DNA of 27,409 nucleotides, from positions 1 to 27,409 of the forward strand of contig JBHLRQ010000034.1 of assembly GCA_048882385.1 (NCBI GenBank), written 5' to 3'. Source of the stretch: Candidatus Thorarchaeota archaeon (lineage in GTDB: Archaea; Asgardarchaeota; Thorarchaeia; Thorarchaeales; Thorarchaeaceae). A program made the translations under genes and the position numbers. This document shows positions 17,602 to 25,497 of the stretch, in pieces. Each line of letters starts with the position of its first letter. Position 1 is the first letter of the stretch. Below the pieces are notes generated by a model, which was given only the letters and a program-made list of their open reading frames with translations, made no database searches and was not told the origin of the DNA.

Positions 17602-17829
17602 CCTTTGGCCCCCAATTCTGATGTTGGTTAGATATTGGCCACAACGACAATATGTCTTCTTATTATGCTAAAATTGTATCAGTTCCGTGGAATTTTGAGA
17701 TAGAGCTATTGTCACACTCAAATCTACAATTCTATACTCAGTTCAATTAACCCAGAATAGAACCGTTAGGCTACTATGCGGAGTGTTCATTAGATTTCGA
17801 GTACTAACTTTAGGTGGTGTAGAGAGAAA

Positions 17830-18129
17830 ATGGGAGATTTCTTCCTGACATACGATGAGTCGGGCAAAGCGTATCTCAGAAGACTGTTCTATTTCAATGT
17901 ACTATTCTATCCAGTAATGATTCTTGTTGCAGTAGTCTACATGGTCGATATTCTGGTAGTAATCTTTGCAGCTTCCCTCTTGGCATGTGGTTCCCTTATC
18001 TACGCTGCCTATTTCATTATCAGAAATCCACCGATGGAGTATGGAGAAGATCTCTCTGCTTTAGCATCGTTGGAAATGGATGAAGAGGATGGAGGAAACT
18101 CCTCAACATCTCAGTCTGGATCTTTTTGA
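17830..18129 (+). CDS. Small 2-TM membrane protein
   Basis: GGTGG RBS-like element upstream, two TM helices; the last ~15 codons run antisense through repeat R5. Confidence 0.6.
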   Translation: MGDFFLTYDESGKAYLRRLFYFNVLFYPVMILVAVVYMVDILVVIFAASLLACGSLIYAAYFIIRNPPMEYGEDLSALASLEMDEEDGGNSSTSQSGSF

Positions 18130-18249
18130 CTACCACAATGACCTCTGGAAGAACGGTGAAGATGCCATAAACTATACAAAAGTCTAGAAAATTGAGAATT
18201 GGAGAGGCGGGGTTATTTTTGATGACCTCGATGATATCAGTTGACGACA
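18085..18249 (-). repeat. R5: diverged copy of the etfA 3' end plus hairpin
   Basis: 18104-18238 is colinear and gap-free with etfA 23293-23427 (hand count 90/135 nt, ~67%). Translates DIIEVIKNNPASPILNFLDFCIVYGIFTVLPEVIVVVKKIQTE. Confidence 0.9.
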
Positions 18250-18313
18250 AGTTCAGGTTGGTATAGAACAATAAGGATATGAGCAAATTATTCCGCGTGC
18301 TACGGAAATCGAT

Positions 18314-18799
18314 TTGGTGTGTAAGTTGAATCAAGACACAACGCGTGTGGGGAGATTCATGCTGTTCATTTTTGTGGCAGCTTTGATTGCTCCACACACT
18401 TTCGAAATCTCAAGTCAAACAATTCCTGATTATTCTTATACACGTTATAGTTTGATTTTAGTAATATTGACTCTCTTTTATGAATCAGGTACAACTATTG
18501 CTGGACAATACAGTACTGGATTTATTCTGCCTCCTACCTCATCAGTTCTATTGAATGTGCTGACTTTGGTAATCAATGTTTCAATAGTATTGAGTCAGTG
18601 GGGGTACGCGAAAGGTAGAATTTCAAGGAAGAATGTCCTGTATATAATTGGGATAGCTCTGTGTGTACATGTACTTCTGCTGATCGGCTTTTTCTCATAC
18701 CAGTTGGATGCAACAGCAAGTGTACTGGCAATACCTCTCCCGATTTTCCCCGTAATTAGTGCTCTAGTGGTTCTTCGGGGTATGATTTCAAATTCATAA
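18314..18799 (+). CDS. Hypothetical 4-TM membrane protein (paralog family)
   Basis: QWGYAKGRISRK loop; C-terminal IPLPIF; start uncertain (18314, 18317 or 18359). Confidence 0.65.
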   Translation: MVCKLNQDTTRVGRFMLFIFVAALIAPHTFEISSQTIPDYSYTRYSLILVILTLFYESGTTIAGQYSTGFILPPTSSVLLNVLTLVINVSIVLSQWGYAKGRISRKNVLYIIGIALCVHVLLLIGFFSYQLDATASVLAIPLPIFPVISALVVLRGMISNS

Positions 18800-18810
18800 A
18801 CTGAGAGAGC

Positions 18811-18841
18811 GAAGATAGGGATGAAGTCTCTATCTTTCAGC
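18811..18841 (-). repeat. R4: short remnant of the etfA tail and hairpin
   Basis: GAAGATAGggatgaagtctCTATCTTTCAGC versus R1 GAAGATAGagaatgttcttCTATCTTTCAGC: same length, identical ends (encodes AER*). Confidence 0.75.
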
Positions 18842-18893
18842 TGTGCCCAAATCTTTGATGCTCTCTCCAGTGCATATTATGTCAAAGAAGAGT

Positions 18894-19682
18894 CTATTGC
18901 GAAGCTTCTACAAGCCATAATGACACCTTCAAGAGAAGATTCCACTCAGAATCTGGATCGTTGTGATAGTCAAAGTCGTCGGTGCCATCAAGCGCACCAT
19001 TCTCCTCATATTCAGGATGCGGAAATGAGAGAAATACAGTACCGCTTCCGTACCTACAGGCAATCATACCAGGTTCATTGTTTTGCGTATAAAGTACGAT
19101 TGGAATAACTGTTGACATATATGTCGTATTACTTGAATAAAAATAACCAGAGTTCCAGTATAGAATTTCATACGTTGCGGGCTCATTAGAAAGGTCTGGA
19201 CCTGTCGAATTTGTGTTCACAATCATTGGGATTACCTTCGTATCCGAACCATTCACAGCACCACTTGCATAACCGTCGAAAAGGCCAAGATAGGAGTTGG
19301 TCCCAAATACCGAACCTCCACAAATACCAAAGAATGATCCTCCTCCTGTAATGAAGTCTAGGACTGCGCTCCTACCTACAGTTCCAAGGTAGGAATGATA
19401 GTCAAATGAGGAGCCTCCGGGAAAAACGATTATGTCATATTCATCAAGCACACCCTGTTGAATCTCAGTTGAATTCACATAATTGGCTTCTGCATTCATC
19501 CAACGAAACATGTTTAGTAATGCGATGGAACTAGAAGGCATAGCACCTCTATCATTGTAGACACCTACGCGGACTCCTTCCATTCCTGTTGGAAATCTGT
19601 AAGTAAGTGCCAGAGAACCAACTACAAGAAGTGCCACAATAAACACTACAGCACCTATTTTCTTTGAAGATTCTATTGTCAT
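18894..19682 (-). CDS. Membrane-anchored BPL-N / class I glutamine amidotransferase-like protein
   Basis: N-terminal TM, VGVYNDRGA, FPGG, GGSFFGICGG nucleophile elbow and HPE. Confidence 0.8.
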   Translation of the reverse strand: MTIESSKKIGAVVFIVALLVVGSLALTYRFPTGMEGVRVGVYNDRGAMPSSSIALLNMFRWMNAEANYVNSTEIQQGVLDEYDIIVFPGGSSFDYHSYLGTVGRSAVLDFITGGGSFFGICGGSVFGTNSYLGLFDGYASGAVNGSDTKVIPMIVNTNSTGPDLSNEPATYEILYWNSGYFYSSNTTYMSTVIPIVLYTQNNEPGMIACRYGSGTVFLSFPHPEYEENGALDGTDDFDYHNDPDSEWNLLLKVSLWLVEASQ

Positions 19683-19849
19683 ATCAAATAGCCCCGTCTA
19701 ACCAGCTACACCCGTCATCGAAGATGATATACTAGGTACTCGCGATTTCATCTTCAATGAACTGTTATAATAGAACAATGTTCAACGCAATATTAGCAAG
19801 GTTTCTGATAGAATCATCTTGATTGATTGCATATTCAAAAAGATGATAG

Positions 19850-19995
19850 ACCTATCCGACTTACATCAGTGGATAGGTAGATTTCATTACCTTTCGGCCT
19901 GGATCTTCTTCACTGCCCTGATAGCTTCAGAAGGTATGTTATAGTACTCCCGAACTCATTCAAAACATGTATCCCAGTTTCAAAGATTAGGGATT
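19850..19995 (-). repeat. R3: diverged etfA 3' end plus terminator hairpin
   Basis: 19887-19931 translates [13 protein letters not shown] (34/45 nt to etfA, several synonymous changes); weaker ESLIFET match near 19975-19995; hairpin ACCTATCC/GGATAGGT at 19850-78. Confidence 0.85.
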
Positions 19996-20227
19996 CTCGT
20001 AAATGGGTAATATGCCTGAGAATGCAATATGTGTCTGTTTATTGGTTATGTCAGCACCGTTCTTGTGAGCGATTTCTTTCTCCAGTACGATTAAGAATTT
20101 AGTAACCTTTTGATTCCAGTAGCTTGCTTCCTCTTCGGAAAGGACACTGAATTTGTACGAAAGCAAAACTTTGGGAATACTGAAATACACCCACCTTGGT
20201 ATCAGTCAATTGGAGGGAAGAAAATCT

Positions 20228-20764
20228 ATGACAGAGAATAAAGTTTCACCTATACCTATCTCAGTTTTGATAGCGTGGATTTTGATAACACTACTTGTTC
20301 CAGTCTCAATCTATTTCTACATAATAGCTGGCAACATGGCTGTGATGGGATATGGTATTCCCTATGCACTCATTTGGACCTACATACCTTATGGCGCAAA
20401 CCTTGACCTTGTTGGTACGTCGATTTTAGGAATCTACTTGTCAATCGATCCTAACAGTATCTTCTCAGGACTCCACATCCTCCACCCCCTTGTGATGATG
20501 TGGGTTCCTGTATATGGAGGGTTCAACATTCTTTTTGCAGTGCAAGTAGTCCGTTATTCCAAGGGTAAGACATCGTTGCGGAATACGATAATAGCTGGTC
20601 TTCTGACTCTAGCAATCCCACTATACGAGGTTGCTATCTTCCTACCGTACATGCTAAGTGATGGTTATCTTCGTATTATTGGACCTATACCGATTCAGCT
20701 AATTGTGGGTCTGATATTGATTAAAAAATATGGTCCAAAACCGTTGGCCACACCATGGGAATAA
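20228..20764 (+). CDS. Hypothetical 4-TM membrane protein (paralog family)
   Basis: GGAGG RBS before ATG 20228; VVRYSKGKTSLR loop; C-terminal GPIPIQ. Confidence 0.72.
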   Translation: MTENKVSPIPISVLIAWILITLLVPVSIYFYIIAGNMAVMGYGIPYALIWTYIPYGANLDLVGTSILGIYLSIDPNSIFSGLHILHPLVMMWVPVYGGFNILFAVQVVRYSKGKTSLRNTIIAGLLTLAIPLYEVAIFLPYMLSDGYLRIIGPIPIQLIVGLILIKKYGPKPLATPWE

Positions 20765-20766
20765 AT

Positions 20767-20849
20767 GAAGGTAGAGGATTTTTCTCAATCTTTCAGCTTG
20801 ATTTGTCTTTGCAGTCTTGACGACCTCCAAACGGCATTAAGATAATCAG
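20767..20849 (-). repeat. R2: degenerate etfA tail plus hairpin
   Basis: GAAGGTAGAGG..CTCAATCTTTCAGC hairpin; 20786-20827 translates EVVKTAKTNQAER (28/42 nt to R1). Confidence 0.7.
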
Positions 20850-21500
20850 CTATTCTAGGGCTTGTCGAAGTGCATCCCAGTCTTCAGCAGAAAGTGCTTT
20901 CTGGACAATCTGGATTGCTCCCTGAAACACAGCCGCTGGCATGAAGGATTTCATTCCAGATATTATACCGATTCGTTCCATAGGATTGGTTGCTTGAACC
21001 AGATATGGTAGAAAATACTGGGAAACCTCTGGAGCTGGCTTCATTGACATTTTCCCTATTATCTCAATGATTTGATTATCCTTTAGAACCTCCCAGAGAA
21101 TTGGCATTGCAATCTTCTCTTCGACCTGCATGTGTTCAGAGTATTTGACGACAAAGTCATTGAAGGTTTGAGCAACTTCATTTCCCCTCATTGTCCGCTC
21201 CTCATCAGCAATCAGGTCTTTCACCTGTTGTTCAAGCGAGTCCATTATTGGAGTAAATGATTGGTGGTCACGATTCAATCGATCAAATAGGCCCGAATCC
21301 TTTTCTTCAATGTGCGGAAACACAAACTCTTCTTCTGCTGCAGCATGAACATGTAGCACCTCAAAAGACTGCCTGACATCATCGCTTTGAGATTTGACAT
21401 CTGCTACTATGCGAAGGTCTAGCTGGCCCAATTGCAGCACTCTGGTGTTCAATAAATATCGAAGCCCTTTATGAATCGGTCCGAATAAACGCATACGCAA
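20850..21500 (-). CDS. Hemerythrin/HHE cation-binding domain protein
   Basis: IHKGLR, HVHAAAEEEFVFP, DH and EHMQVEE motifs. Confidence 0.85.
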   Translation of the reverse strand: MRMRLFGPIHKGLRYLLNTRVLQLGQLDLRIVADVKSQSDDVRQSFEVLHVHAAAEEEFVFPHIEEKDSGLFDRLNRDHQSFTPIMDSLEQQVKDLIADEERTMRGNEVAQTFNDFVVKYSEHMQVEEKIAMPILWEVLKDNQIIEIIGKMSMKPAPEVSQYFLPYLVQATNPMERIGIISGMKSFMPAAVFQGAIQIVQKALSAEDWDALRQALE

Positions 21501-21647
21501 AACAGAACCTCAACCTAGACCAAAGGCCATCTATGAGATAAAGGTTTCATTATGGTCTGTCTTGATGCAATTGTAAGAACCAACAAGAGTATGATTCAAG
21601 GGACTATCGGTCTGGAAACAGTTTATTGAACAAAAAGGATCGAGATA

Positions 21648-21801
21648 GAAGATAGAGAATGTTCTTCTATCTTTCAGCCTGAATCTTCTTGACTACTTCG
21701 ATAACCTCGGGAACTACAGTGAAGATGATACCAACTATGCCAAAGTCCGCAATCTCGAAGATTGGGACCTCTGGGTTTTTGTTGATGGCCGCGATGATAT
21801 C
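21648..21801 (-). repeat. R1: best-conserved copy of the etfA 3' end plus hairpin
   Basis: 21667-21801 versus etfA 23293-23427: gap-free, 108/135 nt (80%). Translates [44 protein letters not shown]. Confidence 0.95.
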
Positions 21802-21909
21802 GATGCAACTCGCTCCTTCGAAAAAAGCTAGTCTTCACTTTGTTTCAGTTACAAAGGAGTTAAAAAGATAATAGGATATATGTTAACTAAAATTGGTTAG
21901 CTATTAAGG

Positions 21910-22395
21910 TTGTGCGTGCTCTCTGTGAAGTCTATCCATTTCAAGTTCCCAACCAAGCGGCAGGAATTCATATGGCAGAAAAGACGACAAAGAATTCCTC
22001 CATCGATAATAGCTAGAGAATTGAAGGTTTCGCGTGCGTTAGTGAGCAAAACGCAACGAATTGCCGAGGATCGAATCGAAAAAATCTTGTTGCACACGGC
22101 AGCCGCAAATCGGATTAATGTCCAGCACATCAGCTCGAGATACGGTTTTGCTGTAGGTCACTGTCCTGCAAACAAATCTGAAACATACATTGTATACTCG
22201 CCTATGCTGGGAACCCAAGTATGGTTCAGTCATGGAGGAAACTGTGGGAGTTGCATTGAGCAGCCTGTATGCGAGAAGACAATCCACACACTTGCGCATG
22301 AATGGAATCTTCCACTTCGGAAAGAATTACCAGCGACAGAAGCAGCTGAGGAGCTCTTCATAGGAATAATGAGGCGACTGAAATGGATCGAATAG
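21910..22395 (+). CDS. HTH DNA-binding protein with a C-terminal His/Cys metal-binding motif
   Basis: PSIIARELKVSRALVSKT HTH; QVWFSHGGNCGSCIEQPVC; exact start uncertain. Confidence 0.75.
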   Translation: MCVLSVKSIHFKFPTKRQEFIWQKRRQRIPPSIIARELKVSRALVSKTQRIAEDRIEKILLHTAAANRINVQHISSRYGFAVGHCPANKSETYIVYSPMLGTQVWFSHGGNCGSCIEQPVCEKTIHTLAHEWNLPLRKELPATEAAEELFIGIMRRLKWIE

Positions 22396-23156
22396 ATACA
22401 AGATCATTATATGAGATGGTCAAAGAGTGGACTGAACAAAGGTGGGAGGCAGTCCGTTACAATCGCATTTCCGATGCGTTGTGGAATTCTCTTGAGGCTT
22501 GTGGACTCATTGAGGGACCATTTGGCGATTCCGTAACTCTGCTTGAGTCCTGTATTGTTGATTCAAACGAGGCTTTAGAAGCAGGTCTATTGAGTGAGAA
22601 TCAAGCATTAGACAATCTGAAAGAACTTCTAGAGAATGACGACTTTGCTTTAGGCGCTCAGATCATAGAAGTGACTGTCGATACAAATCCAGTATGCCGA
22701 ATATCAAACATCGACAAGTTGTTACAGGAGAATCGACCTATTGGTCCTCAGAAACCTCAATGGTGGAAACGAAGCGTTCGTAGTTTCTGGTTTTCTGTGG
22801 GAGTCTTTTCCTTTGCTACAATGGCTATTATTTATGTAATAATGATTAACCTTGGAATACTACCATCCACACAGTTCCTCTATGCTATAGCAATTGGTAT
22901 TCCAATGTACGCAATGGGTTACTATTTCCGCACGGTGGCAACCAAGAGAATGTGGAGAGCTGTGTTTATTATGCTTGGAGCTGGTGGTATAGGATTCTGG
23001 TGCTTAGCGCTCCCGATTGTATTACTCTTAGGTCCATACATTCGATTGATTCCTTTCGGGTTAGGCATGCCACTCACGTTCATTCCGACTGTGGTTATGG
23101 GAGCGTTCATGGGTGATTGGATTGGAAATCGACGAGATTATAGACCCTATATGTGA
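22383..23156 (+). CDS. Membrane protein: acidic soluble N-domain plus 4 TM
   Basis: Overlaps the HTH gene by 13 nt (coupled); four C-terminal hydrophobic helices. Confidence 0.7.
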   Translation: MDRIDTRSLYEMVKEWTEQRWEAVRYNRISDALWNSLEACGLIEGPFGDSVTLLESCIVDSNEALEAGLLSENQALDNLKELLENDDFALGAQIIEVTVDTNPVCRISNIDKLLQENRPIGPQKPQWWKRSVRSFWFSVGVFSFATMAIIYVIMINLGILPSTQFLYAIAIGIPMYAMGYYFRTVATKRMWRAVFIMLGAGGIGFWCLALPIVLLLGPYIRLIPFGLGMPLTFIPTVVMGAFMGDWIGNRRDYRPYM

Positions 23157-23238
23157 TGTTCGAGAAATTATTTTGGATGCAATGACTTTCATCTGAAGAT
23201 GAGGATGAGAGCTAGAATTTCTAATAATCCCATATTTA

Positions 23239-23281
23239 GGAAAAGGGTGGAATCACCCAGCTGTTTCCAAAACTGGGTGAT
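23239..23281 (-). terminator. etfA terminator hairpin
   Basis: ATCACCCAG(23252-60)/CTGGGTGAT(23273-81), followed on the minus strand by CCCTTTTCC. Confidence 0.65.
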
Positions 23282-23292
23282 ATCTTTTTCAA

Positions 23293-24492
23293 TTATCTCT
23301 CAGCCTGAATCTTCTTCACAGCCTCGATTATTTCAGGTAGGACTACGAATATATCTCCAACTATGCCAAAGTCTGCAATCTCGAAGATTGGAGCCTCTGG
23401 GTCCTTGTTGATGGCCACGATGATATCACTACTCGACATTCCAGCTAAGTGTTGGATCGCTCCAGAAATCCCCAGAGCAATGTAGAGCTTTGGGCAGACT
23501 GTCCGACCCGATTGTCCAACCTGTTGTGATGGTGGAAGCCACCCGAGGTCGACAATGGGACGTGAGCCACCAATTGCAGCGTCAAGAAGTTCTGCGAGTT
23601 GTTTTGGAAGTTCAAGGTTTGATGGGTCCTTGATTCCACGACCACTACAGACGATAATATCTGCTTCTTCGACAGACTTCATTCCTTCTACAGTTTCATT
23701 GACTGTTTCTAATACCCTAGTACGGATTTGGACGGGGTTTATTGTCATCTCAACCTTCTCAATCTCACCACTACGTGAAATGTCAGGTTCCTCGGGTTTG
23801 AAAACATTAGGTCGCACTGTTGCCATCTGTGGTCGAGTATATGGCGAAATAATTTCAGCCATAATGTTTCCACCGAAAGCAGGTCTCGTTTGGACCAGCT
23901 GACGTTCGTCATCAATATCAAGACCAGTACAGTCTGCAGTGAGTCCAAGAGCCATTCTCGCAGCAACACGGGGTGCAAGGTCACGGCCATTACTTGTTGC
24001 ACCATATAGAACTATAGCTGGCTTGTTTGGAGCGATCAGAGTGTTTAGGGCTATAGTGTAAGCATCTGTCGTATAGTGATCGAAAATCTTCTCATCCACA
24101 ACATAGACCTTGTCTGCCCCATGATGAATCAGAGTTTCTGCCTGAGACTCAATCTCATAACCGATAAGGATTGCAACCAAGCGCTCGCCCAATTTGTTAG
24201 CAAGCTCACGACCTTTCGTCACAAGCTCAAGACCAACTCCTCTAAGGCGTCCGTCGTTGGTTTCACACCATACCCAGACATCCTTGTATTTGGCAATTGC
24301 TTCTTTGTCGATGGCTTTCCGTTCAATCTTGATAGCGTTGTCCCTACAGACTTCCTCGCATGATCCACAGAGGACACACTTGTCCAGGTCAAATTTGACC
24401 TTGTCACCATCCTTCTCGATAGCTCCAAAGTTGCAGACCTTAGGACATAACATGCACCCAGTACAGGCATCTCTGTCATAAATCAATGTCAT
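23293..24492 (-). CDS. etfA: Electron transfer flavoprotein alpha subunit with an N-terminal 2[4Fe-4S] ferredoxin domain
   Basis: [11 protein letters not shown] and [11 protein letters not shown]; [50 protein letters not shown]. Confidence 0.95.
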   Translation of the reverse strand: MTLIYDRDACTGCMLCPKVCNFGAIEKDGDKVKFDLDKCVLCGSCEEVCRDNAIKIERKAIDKEAIAKYKDVWVWCETNDGRLRGVGLELVTKGRELANKLGERLVAILIGYEIESQAETLIHHGADKVYVVDEKIFDHYTTDAYTIALNTLIAPNKPAIVLYGATSNGRDLAPRVAARMALGLTADCTGLDIDDERQLVQTRPAFGGNIMAEIISPYTRPQMATVRPNVFKPEEPDISRSGEIEKVEMTINPVQIRTRVLETVNETVEGMKSVEEADIIVCSGRGIKDPSNLELPKQLAELLDAAIGGSRPIVDLGWLPPSQQVGQSGRTVCPKLYIALGISGAIQHLAGMSSSDIIVAINKDPEAPIFEIADFGIVGDIFVVLPEIIEAVKKIQAER

Positions 24493-24493
24493 G

Positions 24494-25282
24494 TTAAATT
24501 GCCCCCTTCTTTGCTAGGAAGTCAACAAGCTCCTTCGCTGCGGCCTTCGGATCTTCAGCCTCTATTTTGATTCCGCCTTTCTTCTTCTCAGGTGGAAAGA
24601 CCTTTCTCACTTGAGTCGGTGACCCCTTGAGACCGAGTTTCTCTACGTCATAACCAAGGGTTTCCGCATTGACCTCCTCGAAAGGCTTCTTTTTGGCCTG
24701 CATTATTCCCATGATGTTTGGAAGTCTAGGCTCATTCAAGCCTTTAGTCGCAGTAAGTAGAACAGGTATTCTTGCTCTTACAACATCATATCCCTCATCA
24801 GTTTCTCTGTGCGCAATGACCGCTTTGCTGTCATCACTCAACTCAAGATGGCGAACATAACAAATCTGAGGGACACTTAGCAATTCTGCCATCTCGGGAC
24901 CTACTTGTGCAGTATCTCCATCAATCGCTTGTTTACCACAGATTACAATATCAAACTCCATCTTTTTGATCTGTTCAGCCAAGGTAAGTGCAGTAACCCA
25001 TGTGTCTGCACCAGCAAAAGCCCGATCAGTCATATGGATTGCCTTGTCAGCACCCATTGCAAGCGCTTTTAGCAATGCTTCTTTGGCTTGAGGTGGCCCC
25101 ATTGTGATGACCGTCACTTCACCACCATGGGCTTCCTTCAATTTCACAGCCTCTTCAACAGCATATTCATCGAATGGGTTCAATATACTAGGTACTCCAT
25201 CTCTGATGAGTGTGCCAGTGGTTTCATCCACCTTCACATCAGCGACTTCAGGGACCTGTTTCACTGGTACAATAATCTTCAA
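24494..25282 (-). CDS. etfB: Electron transfer flavoprotein beta subunit
   Basis: VKQVP, NPFDEYAVEEA, FAGADT, GKQAIDGDTAQVGP, NEPR; TTG start. Confidence 0.95.
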   Translation of the reverse strand: MKIIVPVKQVPEVADVKVDETTGTLIRDGVPSILNPFDEYAVEEAVKLKEAHGGEVTVITMGPPQAKEALLKALAMGADKAIHMTDRAFAGADTWVTALTLAEQIKKMEFDIVICGKQAIDGDTAQVGPEMAELLSVPQICYVRHLELSDDSKAVIAHRETDEGYDVVRARIPVLLTATKGLNEPRLPNIMGIMQAKKKPFEEVNAETLGYDVEKLGLKGSPTQVRKVFPPEKKKGGIKIEAEDPKAAAKELVDFLAKKGAI

Positions 25283-25497
25283 TGTCAGTGTGATTCACTT
25301 CCATAGTATTGTGAACAACTGCGATTCGAATAGGGACCACAATATAAGGAGTGCGAAATGATAGTCTGATATTCCGAGGTACTAGATATTTGCAAATCTT
25401 TGCAAAGAGTACGAGCTGATGCCCTACGTAATCCTTTTATGAGTGCACTAGCGCTAAGCGAGCTAGTTCCTTTAACAAATAGAGGAGAGTAATCACG

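Noticed and set aside
17697-17745. GAGATAGAG...CTATACTCAG resembling the repeat hairpin
   Set aside because: Spacing and pairing do not match the other copies; could be chance.
18020-18397. 125-aa minus-strand ORF with EtfA similarity
   Set aside because: It is the read-through of repeat R5 and overlaps two better plus-strand genes; treated as a repeat, not a gene.
19987-20190. 67-aa minus-strand ORF
   Set aside because: No recognisable motif or RBS and it runs into R3; it may be a gene remnant but cannot be supported.
21689-21871. 60-aa plus-strand ORF
   Set aside because: Antisense shadow of repeat R1, like the shadow ORFs over etfA itself.
18085-23427. CRISPR array, IS element or prophage as explanation of the repeats
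   Set aside because: Units are kb-spaced, diverged and derived from a CDS; there are no cas, transposase, integrase or virion genes and no terminal inverted repeats.
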